A DNA stretch of 64,000 nucleotides from Octopus vulgaris (GCA_951406725.2 OX597819.1:38936001-39000000); one strand, 5' to 3'; counted from the stretch's first letter, positions 38,576 through 52,315 are shown. Translations and numbers: made by a program. The notes: generated by a model not told the origin, from the letters alone.

Positions 38576-41500
38576 CAAAAGTCTGTAGAGATCATCATGG
38601 ATTTCCTAATGTGAAAAAAAAGCAAAAATATAAAAGATGGGAGTAAGAGCTTTTAATGATGTCATAATAATAGAACACAGACATGTAAGAAGGGAGTACA
38701 GGTCTTGAATGATGGCATAACAAAAGTTATCCTCCAATGCACAAGTCTGGGCAAGGTTGTTTATGGAAAATATACATACCAGCCTCCCTTCTCCACATCA
38801 TTAATGTTATCCAAGGGAAAGGCAAAGGTTGATACAGCTTGGCTCCAGTGATGTCACAGCTTATTTCTACGGCTGAGTGAACTGGAGTAATGTGAAATGA
38901 AGTGTCTTGTTCAAGAACACAACACACATCCTGGTCTGGGAATCGAACTCACTACCTTATGATTGTGAGCCAAATGTTCTAACCACTGAGCCATATATAT
39001 GGCCCTAGGTTCAGTCCCACTGTGTGGCAACTTTGGCATGTGTCTTCTGCTCCAGCCTCAGGTCGACCAAAGCCTTGTAAGTGGGTTTGGTAGACAGAAA
39101 ATGTCTATATATGTACATACATATATGTGGATGTGCATATATAAATATATAAATGCACATATATATACATATATAAATATGTACATAAATATATACACAT
39201 GCAATACATATATGCTAAGAGGAAATTACATATCAGAAGGGGATAGAGGTCTTCAAATGAATTCTTGGTGATGAGATAAAAGTCAATAGCAGCCAAAGCA
39301 TACTGCATTGTCAGTTAATGACAAATTTTGAATGCAGTAAGGAAGGCAGTTAAGTAGCCAGTCTTCAATTAATATTTCTTATTGTTGAAGTTCAAAAGAC
39401 ATTGTCTTAATATGTCCTATCTGATGAAATAACAACCTACCAAATAAACTTAATATTTCTATTACAGCCAGTTTTATTACAGGGTAATCACTTCAATAAA
39501 GATGTTAGGGCAAGAGTCACACATATATGAAGTTTTATATAGCGCTGTAGCTAGGACTGTTTAATGTCATTAACAATTAACTAGCTATTGAAAATATATA
39601 TTGTAAAGATAAGGTTCTTGTACTCTTTTACTATTTTACTCTTTTACTTGTTTCAGTCATTTGACTGTGGCCATGCTGGAGCACCACCTTGAGTCGAGCA
39701 AATCGACCCCATGACTTATCCTTTGTAAGCCTAGTACTTATTCAATCGGTCTCTTTTGACGAACCGCTAAGCTACGGGGGACGTAAACACACCAGCATCA
39801 GTTGTGAAGCAATGTTGGGAGGACAAACACAGACACACAAAACACATACATATATACAACGGGCTTCTTTCAGTTTCCATCTACCAAATCCACTCACAAG
39901 GCTTTGGTCGGCCCGAGGCTATAGTAGAAGACACTTGCCCAAGGTGCCATGCAGTGGGACTGAACCCAGACCCATGTGGTCAGTAGACAAGCTACTTACC
40001 ACACAGCCACTCCTACTTTAAAATTTTATAACTTCAGTCCTGTATATGGCAGAACTGACCTATAAAGGACACTTAGAAACCTGCTGGTTCTGTTTTATCA
40101 CTGTCAACAAAAACGTTTATTTTAATGGGATTTTAATTTTTAAAACAATTAAAAATTATGTCAACTTTATTTTACGGGGAACATCTAACTGCAGAAAATG
40201 TATACATGGGTATAGGTGCAGCTGTGTGGTTAGGAAGCTTGCATCTCAATTGCATGGCTTTGGGTTCAGTCCCACTGCATTGCATCTTGGGCAGGTGTCT
40301 TTTACTATAGCTGACCAAAGTCCTTACGAATGGATTTGGTAGATGGAAACTGAAAGAAGCCTGTTGTATATACGTGTTTGTGTGTGTGTGTATTTATATA
40401 TGTATGTGTATATATACATATGCATGTGTGTGTGTGATCTTTGAGTTTGTGTTTATCCTAAACCACCACTTGACAACCAGTGTTGGTTTGTTAACATCCC
40501 CATAATTTAGTGGTTTGGCAAAAGAGGCCGATAAAATAAGTTACTAAACTTTAAAAAATAAGCACTAGGGTTGATTTGTTCAATAAAACGCTTTGAGGCA
40601 GTGCCCCAACATGGCCACAGCCCAATGACAGAAACAAAACAAATAAAAAAAAATAAAGAAATAAAAGAAAATAAATGAAAGTAAAAAAAAAAAAACAGAA
40701 AAAAGGTCATTATAAAATTCTTGCGCAATTTCAAAAGTTCCTTGACTCCAGTTCTGAGTATAACAGGATTAATTTGTAAAGAACATTTAGAAACCTGCTG
40801 ATTCTGTTTTATAATAGTAATGCTTTGATTTTAAAAAAAAGATAAAACATTATGTCAACTTTATTTTATGTGGAACACCTAGCTAGCTATACACATTCAT
40901 AAAGCCCATGTGCAATTCAAAACATATATAATTTCTGATTCATATATGATTGAATTATACTGTGAAGAACATTTAGAAGCTTGAGGCTTCTGTTTTATTG
41001 TTCTCAGCAAAAAGGTTTTATCATAATCATTTAATAACTTTTAAAACATTTATTATTTGCTTCAACTTTATGGTAAAAATGTACAGACTATTGCTTATTC
41101 AACTAGGCTTTCTTTTGTTGAAGGCTTGTGAGTTAGAATAATTAATGTGCTTCAAGGTTTTATTGAAATTCAGCAGTAAAATGCATTCCTAGGACTTCAG
41201 AATCACACCACAGTTTTTATATATATGTAATGACAGAGGACACATTGAAAATTAACAGTCTTAAAAATAAATCTATTTACAAAAGAAATAAATGCTCTCA
41301 TTTAATCCTTTTTTCAGAAATTACTTTTTACCATATGTAGTTAAAGTCCTATAAATTTAAAACTGCATATCAACTTTATAATGCTTACACACACACAAAA
41401 TATGTATGTCTCTATAACACTGTGTGTATATATACATATATATGAATGTATATATGTGTGTGCATGTGTGTGTGGTAATAAGTTTGCTTCTCAACCACTT

Positions 41501-41601
41501 GGTTCTGGTTACAGTCCCACTGTGTAGGGCAAGTGTTTTCTACTATAGCCTTGGGCCAACCAAAGACTTGTGAATAACTTTGGTAGACAGAAACTGAAAT
41601 T

Positions 41602-42390
41602 AAGGCGGCGAGCTGGCAGAAACGTTAGCACACCAGGCGAAATGCCTAGCGGTATTTTGTCTGCCGCTATATTCTGAGTTCAAATTCCGCCGAGGTCGAC
41701 TTTGCCTTTCATCCTTTCGGGGTCGATTAAATAAGTACCAGTTGCGCACTGGGGTCGATATAATCGACTTAATCCATGTCTGTCCTTGTTTGTCCCTTCT
41801 ATATTTAGCCCCTTGTGAGTAGTAAAGAAATAGGTATTTTGTCTGCCGCTATATTCTGAGTTCAAATTCTGCCGAGGTCGACTTTGCCTTTCATCCTTTC
41901 GGGGACGATTAGATAAGTACCAGTTACACACTGGGGTCGATATAATTGACTTAATCCATGTGTCTGTCCTTGTTTGTCCCTTCTATATTCAGCCCCTTGT
42001 GGGTAGTAAAGAAATAGGTATTTTGTCTGCCGCTATATTCTGAGTTCAAATTCTGCCAAGGTCGACTTTGCCTTTCATCCTTTCGGGGACGATTAGATAA
42101 GTACCAGTTACACACTGGGGTCAATATAATCGACTTAATCTGTTTGTTTGTCCTTGTTTGTCCTCTCTGTGTTTAGCCCCTTGTGGGTGGTAAAGAAATA
42201 GGTATTTCGTCTGCTGCTACGTTCTGAGTTCAAATTTCGCCGAGGTTGCCTTTGCCTTTCATCCTTTCAGGGTCAATTAAATAAGTACCAGTTATACACT
42301 AGGATTGATATAATCGACTTAATTTGTTTGTCTGTCCTTGTTTGTTCCCTCTGTGTGTGTAGCCCCTTGTGGGCAGTTAAGAAATAAGAA
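41602..42390 (+). mobile_element. Tandem concatemer of four family B SINE units inside a family A SINE
   Basis: The shared GGTATTT(T/C)GTCTG recurs at 41651, 41833, 42017 and 42201; flanking duplication AGAAACTGAAA at 41589-41599 and 42387-42397. Confidence 0.92.
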
Positions 42391-42689
42391 ACTGAAAAAA
42401 GCCCATCAAATATATATGTGTGTGTGTGTACTTTATTTTATTTATCTATTCTAGCATTGATTGGATTTAATTCTCCCCATATTTAAAAATTGCATAAAAG
42501 TGATGTTTTATCTTGGCTATCAACTGCTTAAAACCTCAAGAGCTGGAATAACTTCCAACAGATTTATGCAAGGTATATATTTAGTTTCCAAGTATACTTT
42601 CTGACAACTGTTGTAAATGAAATGAAAAACAAATACTGTTTAATCTCACGCGTGTATAACTTGCTTAAATGCACACACTCTGTCTCACA

Positions 42690-42835
42690 CGCACTCACAC
42701 ACACACATATACCTTCATACACACACAAACCAGTAATTGCATACACACACAAATAATGCACACATATATACTTCCATACACATACAAAAGCACCTGCACA
42801 AATATTCCTGTAGATACACTTAGATACACAAACAC

Positions 42836-42876
<41 letters not shown>

Positions 42877-43412
42877 TACATACATACATACATACACACA
42901 GATAGTGCAGCTAGTATTAGATAAATACATCTTGTCTTAAAGAATTACTGACGATACAAAGATTTCAACTGCAGAGATTAAAACATGCTCAGTGAAATGT
43001 ATGCATGGACATACATACATACATTAGTATATACATCCGAATATACAGAACATACATATGTACACACAAACATACATACAAGAATGCATACACACGCATA
43101 CACACATAGATACTTACTTGCACGCTTACATACATACACACACAAACAGATACACACATACATACATATACACATTCATCCATACACACACATGCATGCA
43201 TACACGCATGCTTACATGCACACACACACACATACATACATGCATGCATACATACATGCATACACACATGCATACACCTCATACACACACACAAACATGC
43301 ATATATACATACATACATACATACATACATGCATACATAAATACATACATACATACATACATACATACATACATACATACATACATACATACATACATAC
43401 ATACATACATAC
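42690..43412. repeat. (CA)n/(CATA)n microsatellite and degenerate CA-rich tract
   Basis: Direct reading. Confidence 0.92.
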
Positions 43413-43738
43413 ATTAAGCAATAGATTAACCTTTTTTGGTGCCAAACTGCCTGAAACTGCCCCTGCTTCTACAATATAAACTTTCAGTTCTAAAGTGATC
43501 TTAATTAAAACTTTCCAACATTCTGAACACTAGATAAATAACCCTTTCTACTAAAGGCACAAGGCCTGAAATTTTGCAGGGAGGGGACTAGTTGATTACA
43601 TCGACCTCAGTGTTTCACTGGCACTTAATTTATCAACCCCAAAAGGATGTAAAGCAAAGTCGACCTCAATGGAATTTGAACTCAGAATGTAAAGGCAGAT
43701 GAAATACTGCAAAACATTTTACCCAGTGTACTAACAAC

Positions 43739-44135
43739 CTCAGAAACCTGGACGTTATCAAAGAAGCTTGAGAGGCAGTTGGATGGAACTTACACTGGCC
43801 TCCTTATGAGAGCTCAAAATCTCTCGTGGAAGCGTCATCCAACCAAAGTACAAATATATGGCAAACTACCACCTGTATCATCTCTTGTGAAAGGTAAGAG
43901 AGTCCAGTTTGCTGGACATTGTTGTAGAGCTGAGAAAGAGGTAATTTCTACTCTTCCCCTCTGGAAGCCATCTACTCACAATACCAGAGGGCGCACACTC
44001 TCCTACCCTGATATAATCTCCAGGGATACAGGCATCCAGCAACAGGACCTCCGTAATGCTATGATAGACCGTGAAGACTGGTGTAACATAGTAAATTCCA
44101 TTGTCTCGACCACGGCTGAACAATGATGATGATGA
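43739..44135 (+). mobile_element. 5'-truncated RTE LINE with (GAT)n tail, nested in a family B SINE
   Basis: ORF 43779-44126 (LLMRAQNLSWKRHPTK...VQFAGHC...DREDW); AACAAC duplicated on both flanks. Confidence 0.9.
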
Positions 44136-44250
44136 ACAACTCTGCCAGCTTGCTGCCTTACACCAGCTTAATAATGACAGTTAATTTACTCTAATTTCTT
44201 CATTATTTCCAAACTTAACTGAAACAAAAGCAGTGCAGCTCAACAAAAAT

Positions 44251-44544
44251 ATGGCAAGAAATGGTTTAACAGAATCATTTGGGTATCAGCTACAATACCA
44301 GTATAGTATTTCTGGGTCCCTTAGCCCCTAAGATCAATTACAAGTTTTGTTTTGCCTTTCATTCATTAGGGGATCATAAATATAGTACTGGTCAAGTATG
44401 GCAAGAAATGGTTTAACAGAATCATTTGGGTATCAGCTACAATACCAGTATAGTATTTCTGGGTACCTTATCCCCTAAGTTCAATTACAAGTTTTGTTTT
44501 GCCTTTCATTCATTAGGGGTTCATAAATATAGTACTGGTCAAGT
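44251..44544. repeat. Recent 147-bp tandem duplication
   Basis: Units start at 44251 and 44398; four substitutions seen. Confidence 0.92.
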
Positions 44545-45393
44545 ACTGGATTGATTTCATATATTTTTTCAAGGCAGCGAGCTGGCAGAAATGTTAGCAC
44601 GCAGGGCAAAATGCTTAGCGGTATTTCGTCTGTCTTTATGTTCTGAGTTCAAATTCCACTGAGGTCAACTTTGCCTTTCATCCCTTCAGCATCGATAAAT
44701 TAAGTACCAGTTTCATACTGGGGTCAATCTAATCAACTGACCGCACTTCCCAAAAATTTCAGGCTTTGTGCCTAGAACAGAAAAGAATATATTCTATAAT
44801 GCATCCTAGATGTGAACCTAAGATACATTGGTTTCAAATTTTGGCACAAAGCCAGCAATTTCAGGGGAGGTGGAAAGTCAATTACAACAACCCCAGTGTC
44901 CAACTGGTACTTATTTCATCAACCCTGAAAGCATGAAAGCAAAAGTGACCTTGGCAAATTTTTAACACAGAACGTAAAGATGCCAAAAAACATTTTACCC
45001 AGTTTGCTAATGATTCTGTCAGCTTGCCACCTTAAGCCAGAGATATTAAAAGCGGCAAGCTGGCAGCAACTAAGAATATTCCTACTGATGCAGATGTGAA
45101 GTGGCATAGAGACTTCCACAGGCTTATCAAACTTGTTAATTACAGTTGCAGCACCAAAACCCTCTCTACTCTTGAATGTTGAGGACCTTTTTTTTATGTC
45201 AGTCACGTCAATGGAATTATAATAGAAAACATATGGACATCATCCTCATTGCTATTGATTTAATGGTGCAATTGTTTCCATGTAGGCATAATTTCTTTGA
45301 AGCATAGATTTGTGTTGTTGTTTAGCTTCAAGTTAACTCTCATCAAGAAGCCCTATGATCAAAACCACTTTGTCTATTATTATTATTATTATT

Positions 45394-48300
45394 AATCAGT
45401 AGTCTTATTTTTTCATGTGCTTTCACTTCACTACCGAGCGCAGCTCTGTGTGCCTTGGGTATGTGCTGTGGTTTGTCGTGATGATCTTATTGTTACTGTA
45501 TTGAAAGTGTTTTACGTAGGATGTGTGCAGTGCCTAGTAGTGCTATTTTCTGTATGTTATATATATTTGTAAGTCCTGGTGTTTTTGTTATGTATTTGTC
45601 TGAATATTTTGTTATCATACCTAATGTGCCTACTATGATAGGAATTGTTTCTGTTTTTAGATTCCACATTTGAGTTACCTCTATTTCTAGGTCTTTGTAT
45701 TTTGAAAGTTTCTCCATTTCTTTTAAAGAAACATTGTCATCTGTTGGTATTGACACATCAATTAGAAAGCATTTTTTCTTCTTGATCTCTGACAACTATA
45801 TCTGGCCTATTAGCCTTAATTTCTCCATCCGTGTGTATTAGCATATCCCATAGTATTGTTGCTTTCTTATTTTCTGTGTTCTTTTCTGGCATGTGCCTAT
45901 ACCATCTTTTTTCTGTTGTTATTCCATAGTGTTGGCATAGCTTCCAGTGTATGTAGATCCCAACTCTGTCATGTCTGTGAATATATTCCTTCTTAGCCAG
46001 GACTGATCAGCCAGAGACAATATGATTTATTGTTTCTTGTCCATCTCCACATATTCTGAAGTTACATGTTATGTTTCTTTTCATTATGCTTTTGGTAATT
46101 TCTGGTGGGGAGGCTTTGGTCTTGTGCTGCAATTAAAAATCCTTCAGTCTCTGCTTTGAGTCCTGAGCTTCTCAGCCATTGCTGAGATTTTGCTTTGTCT
46201 ATTTCTTTTGCGTTTAGTTTAGCCCAGTATTTGCCATGAAGGGGTTTTCTTGCCATGGTTTTATCATGATCCATTGCTGTTCTAGTTTTAGCTTGGATTT
46301 CATTTGTTTTACAGCTTTTGTTGTTTCTTCTTTTTCTTCATAGTTGTTAGGTAGGATGACTTCTTGTTTGTATTTGTCAGCTTTCTTAAAGACTGAAAAC
46401 AGTTTTTTGTTTTGTTCGTGTTTTGTGGCTATTTGTATTAGTTTTTCTTGCTTCTGAAGTAGGCATTTTTGTAGTCCTATGATGGTTATTTTGTAATAGT
46501 TTTCTAGCTGTATAAGGCTTCTACCATTTTCTATACATTGTATATATAACCTTTCTATGTCAAATTTTGGGTGGTGCATCTTAAATCTTGTCATTATTTT
46601 TCTTGTTTTCCTATCTATTTTGATTAGTTCATTTAGTGTACAGTTGTACTTGTAACTTATAACTGGGATGGCTAAAGTGTTGATACCTATTATCTTGATT
46701 TTGGCATTGAGCTCTGTTTTCAGTATTAATCTAATTCATCTATAGTATTCTTTTTTTATTTTCTTTTTCATTTGTGTGTGTTTTATCATATCTAGTTCAT
46801 TGATTCCTAAATATTTGCATGTGTATGTTTGACTTTGGTCTAATTCTTTTATTTCAGTTGCTTTATCTAGTATAATGTTGCTACTCTTTAACTAGTTTTC
46901 CTCTTTCAAAGGGTGCTTTGGTACATTTTTCGATGCCAAATTTCATATTTATTTCTTTGGTAAATCCATGTACTATATGTAGTAATGTTTCCAGCTGTTT
47001 ATCATTTGTAGTGTACTGTTTTAGGTCACCCATATATAAGAGTGTGGCTGATTGCTTTGCTGTAATAGTTGTATCCACATCCAGTTCTGTTTAGCATGTT
47101 AGATAAAGGTGTCAGTGCCAAGCAGAAAAGGAGTTGAGAGAGCATCTCTCCCTGGAATATTCCTCTTCTAATGGGGATGACTTTGGTTTTTACGAGTCCC
47201 TCTTTTGTCTGTAATTTTGTGGGTTTACCATTTCAGTGGATTTAGGAATTAGGATAGTTTTCCCATTCGTGAACCATTCAGGCATTGTCTGTGGCTCTGC
47301 TAGTATGTCATTAAATTTCTCAGCCAGCTTTTTGTCTGTTCCCATCAGATCTTTTAACCAGAAGTTAGGGATCTTATCGTGCCCGGGTGCCTTCCAGTTG
47401 CTTAATTTCTGCAGTGCCTGGGTGGCCTCTTCAGTTATTATAGGGGTCCAGAGTTGTTCAGGTGCTGAGTTTGTTGTTTTGGTAGACTTTTTCTGAGGTT
47501 GTTCCTTCGTTAAGCATATTTCTTTCCAAAATTCTTCCACTTCTTCTGCTGTTGGTGCTGCATTGATGTCAGATTTTACTTTTGCCAAGTTCTTGGTAGA
47601 CTCTTTTGGGGTTGGAGTTGAACTGTTTGTTTTGTTCAAAGAAATGTTGGCGTTTTTCATACCGGCGGATCCTTTGTGCTTTGGCAAGGATATCTTGCTT
47701 AAGCTGTTCTTTTATCCCAGGTAAACCCTTTTCTGTGGTGTTGTATTTGCACAGTATTTTTGTTCTCTTCTTGTTGCTTAGCAGTGTTGATTGTCTACTA
47801 GTTTCATTAAGGATTGACAAATCTTTTCTCTTGTTTTTTTTTTCTTCTGGATATTATTTATCCACAGGGTTTGTTTGGGTAGTGGTACTCCTGTTCGGAT
47901 GGGTTTGAGGGAGTACCCAGGTTCTTTTGTGGCCACAGTGGCTGCTGCATATATTATGTCATTTAGCTTAGTGATATTGAAATTTGTTTCTGTGGCTATT
48001 AGTTCTGTGATGGCCAGGTACATGCTATTTATAATTGATGTTGTTTTAATATCAATTTTAATTTTTGGGATTTACAATCGGTGGTCTGTACTGAGATCAG
48101 TGGCTTTCAGTTCTTTGATTATGCTCATTTTTAGAGTATCATAAACATTAGGTTAACCTTCTCTGTTTCCAGGTTTTAGATTTGTTTTGTATTCCCTCCC
48201 ATTCATATTTTTGTCTGTGGTATTCTGGTTTGGTGCTTTTTGCACATTATTATACATTCCTATGGTCTGGGTTTGTTGTCTTTCATTGTTTACTTCGCTT

Positions 48301-48704
48301 TTGTTGGAAATGTTACGTCTGTCTTCATGTTTTACAGTTCCAGTGCTTATGATATTATTTGGCATTGCTGTGTAGTTACTATCTACATTTTCTTGATGTA
48401 TTTTTCCTTTTAAGTGTTTTATTTCTATTTCTGATAATTTTTGTTTTGAGAATATATCTTCATATGTTAGCTAGATATTAGAGTTCATTGCTGTATCCAA
48501 GTCTTTATTTAGGTTATTTTTCTTCCAGATTTTATATGTATATGTTGTTGTGTTTTCATTCTTTGGGTAGAGCACTGCTGTAAAATAAGTGTGTAGGTTC
48601 GAAATATATTCCTCACGTGTCCATTTATGCTTTTTTGATTGTATTTGTGGGACATAAGGAATAACTTCCAGCTCTTTATTTTGACGGTAATCATTTTCAT
48701 AGGA
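45394..48704 (-). mobile_element. R4/Dong-clade non-LTR retrotransposon (RT + CCHC + restriction-like endonuclease), pseudogenised
   Basis: KWTREE N-terminal motif; NWKAPGHDKIPNFWLK; RGIFQGDALS; LLYMGDLK (YMDD box); KPLHGKY; ETEGFLIAAQDQ; RICGDGQETINHIVSG; RHDRV; RPDIVV; LIDVSIP; KEMEKLSKY; QKIALLGTAHILRK. (TAA)n at both ends. Confidence 0.95.
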
Positions 48705-48721
48705 TATTATTATTATTATTG

Positions 48722-48757
<36 letters not shown>

Positions 48758-49045
48758 AGTTATTATTAAGGCAGTAAATTGGCAGAACCGTTAGCATGCC
48801 AGGCAAAGTGCTTAGCAGTATTTCACCCATCTTTACATTCTGAGTTCAAATTCCGCTGGGGTAGACTTTGCCTTTCATCCTTTCAGGGTCAATAAATTAA
48901 GTACCACTCAAGTACTGGGGTTGATGTGATCGACTTATCTTCTCCACACAAATTTCAGGCCTTGTGCCTATTGTAGAAAGAATCATCATCATCATCATTG
49001 TCATCGTCGTCATTAAGGTATTGAGCTGGCAAAATAGTTAGCAAG

Positions 49046-49382
49046 CTGGGTGTTCTATCTTTACATCTGTTCCAATTTTTTTGAGCTATGTCAGCCGTTG
49101 GGTACTGATACTTCCAAACACACCGATCACTATTAGCATCACCTCTGCTTTCTCCATTGCCCACAACCTGAATATTTCTCACTTCAATTCATCATAGTTG
49201 TTCACTTTTTCTTCTTCTTTATTTTCAATCCTGTTGTCAACCAGGACATACTTTGTCAATTATCAGGCATCCTTTTTTTTTTCCTTTTCTGTTCACCACA
49301 ACATCAAATTTTCAGATATTCAATCTGATGGTCACACTGAATCATTACATCCCACAGGATTTTGCAATCCTCATTCTCAATA
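49046..49382 (-). mobile_element. R4-type endonuclease fragment (another family)
   Basis: ENEDCKILWDVMIQCDH...CLIIDKVCPG...NYDELK*EIFRLWAMEKAEVMLIVIGVFG. Confidence 0.8.
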
Positions 49383-50611
49383 AGTCATCATCATTATCAT
49401 CATCATATTAATGTATAGGGTTACAGAGAAGGTGAGCAGGCAGATGCATTAGAAATGCTGTATTTCTTATAGTTCCTTATACTCCAAACTCAAATCCAAG
49501 TGCAATCAACGTTGCCCTTCATCCCTTTAGAGTTGATAAAACAAAGTACCAGTTATATACTAGAGTCAATGGCATCAACTAAAACCCTTTCTTGTGATCA
49601 TATTAGAAATAATTATTCCATTAGATAATGTAATCTGGTGGAATAATTATTTCTAATAATTATTTCTAATAATTTGTCCCACAAATTAACCCCAGGACTT
49701 ATTCTTTGTAAGCCTAGTACTTATTCTATCAGTCCCTTTTGCTGAACTGCTCAGTTTCGGGGACATAAGCGCACCAACTTCGGTTGTCAAGCGAAGATGG
49801 GGGGACAAAAACAGACACAAAGACACACATACATAAATATATATACATATATACATATATATACATATACTGTGATACCTGTGCCAGTGGCACCTAAAAA
49901 GCACCATCCAAACACGGCTGATGCCATCGCTGCCTCGACTGGCTTCCGTGCCAGTGGCACGTAAAAAGTACCCACTACACTCACAAAGTGGTTGGTGTTA
50001 GGAAGGGCATCCAGCTGTAGAAACACTGCCAGATCAGACTGGAGCCTGGTGTAGCCTCCTGGCTTCCCAGACCCCGGTTGAACTGTCCAACCCATGCTAG
50101 TATGGAAAACGGACGTTAAACGATGATGAATCTTTTAAGATGGTTGGGTATAATTTGAAGGAGATTTAGCAACTATTACTAATGGATCAAGTGTCTATAT
50201 AGAGAACCAGTCATTTGCTTAATGTACGTGTGTAGTGGTGGTTGTGGTGGTGGTGGGATGGATGTAGTTTAATTCTTGGGAGTAGAAAGAAAGAACAAGG
50301 AATAATTTGATTTGAAATTCAGGGCTTTAAGTAACTCAATATATGAGAAATGAAAGAAAATTCTGAGCATTGTTTCAATTTATCCCTGGATGGAACAATG
50401 CCATCAGCCCAGATGCAATATATCTAAATACCCAATTAGTTTAATGTAAACACCTCTCTATGTAAATAGCAAGGAAAGGAACTTAATGTAAATAGTGACA
50501 TTGATATACATGTATACACATGTTCCTGGGTCCTGTGAAAGTACCTGGATATAGTTTAGTAAATAAGTACCCTTGCAGATCAATACATGCATACACACAT
50601 CTATATACTAC

Positions 50612-50649
<38 letters not shown>

Positions 50650-51104
50650 GTATATATGATGTGTGTGTGTATACATTCATGCTTACATACATACATACAT
50701 GCATACACACACACATAAAATTTTTTCAGAATGAGATAAAAATCCAAGGCAGTGAAAGATTTTAGAACATTTATAAATAGAAAGTCTACATACATGCTAA
50801 TATATGACCTACATTGGACTCATTTGCATAATTACCAAACCTGGAGCTTAACTATATAGTCTGTCCATAGCACTTACTCAGCATTACCTGACACCTTTGG
50901 GTCTTATTGACACCATTACCTCTCATAACCTCTCTCTCTCTCTCTCAATATATATATATATATATATAAATATTATTACAATACAATAATATTATTTTTC
51001 AGCGAAATACATTCAGTGAAGCTTTACCCAGCGTCAAACGGTTATCAACTGCTCTTTCCATCAAAAATTGGTTCCTTGCTGTGCCACTTTTTTCCTATTC
51101 ATAC

Positions 51105-51149
<45 letters not shown>

Positions 51150-51679
51150 TATATATACATATGTAAAAAACGTCCATGCACTCCCTCATAAAGCACCCAG
51201 TACATTCTGTAAAGTGGTTGGTGTTAGGAAGAGCATCCAGCCATAGAAACTGTGCCAAATCAGACTGGAGTCTGATGCAGCTTCCCAGCTCTGGTCACAC
51301 TGTCTAACCCGTTCCAGTATGGACAATAGATGTTAAATAATAATGATGATGATATGCTTGTGCGTGCGTACTAGGCTTACAATATATATATACGTACGTA
51401 CATACATACATACATACATACATACATACATACATACATACATACATACATACACTCACACATTTATATACATATGTATGTAAATTTAAAGAAACCGATA
51501 CTAAACAAAGCAAACATCATCAGAAACTCTCTCCTTTCCCTGTTGAGTGCAAAACTTCAGTCCCCCCACTAATAATACTGACATGATGAAAGATATATCT
51601 GAAAAGATTGTAGAAATCCTGGAGGGGACATGAGTCAATATGTGAGTCATAAAAGGTAGGGAAACAAGTATAGATCAAT

Positions 51680-52315
51680 GACCAGCAAAAGCCATGCAAG
51701 CCATGTTAAGAGATTCTGTCAGCAAAGTTAGCATTGGCAACGAGTTTAGCAAAGAATTTATCATGCAGATAACCATCTAGCAAGGCCCAATTCTCAGACA
51801 CCTCTTGTTTGTTAGAGCTATGCAAGCCAGAACAGAAGAGTTTAAGAGGCTATCCAAGGTAACTTCTGTATGTTAATGACCATATTTCTCAGAACTGAAT
51901 TTGTCAAAGAGTAAGAGAAGAAATTTAAAATGCAGTAACAAAGCTTAGAGAGAGACCTCAATGCAAACCTAACACCAAAAATAGTTTAGCAGGAAAGAAG
52001 ACAGGACTCTACTACCAACTGGAAAAGTGGCCAAACTTGATATGCTGAAAAGATGTGGATAGGAATTTTATTTGGTATCCCCTATGTAATTTATGTGTGC
52101 ACAAGAGAAGGAAGAATTCATATGGAGTAGATTCACAGGAGTAGTTAGTTAACAGCAAGAATACATTTTTTCAAATGCCCCAAAGGCTTCCTAGAAGTGG
52201 TTGATAGATTCTGTTATCCAGGTGGCCTAATTAGCAGTGAAAGATGATGTTCTAAAAGTATAACAGCTAGAGTGAGAAAGAAGTGGAAAAAATTCAGGAA
52301 CGTATTACCTCCAGT
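51680..52315 (+). mobile_element. Highly degraded RTE-type RT fragment with a Cys/His insert
   Basis: QGPILRHLLF (~QGSVLSPLLF), LLYVNDH (~LLYADD), KWPNLIC*KDVDRNFIWYPLCNLCVHKR, LEVVDRFCYPG, ARVRKKWKKFRNVLP. Confidence 0.75.
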
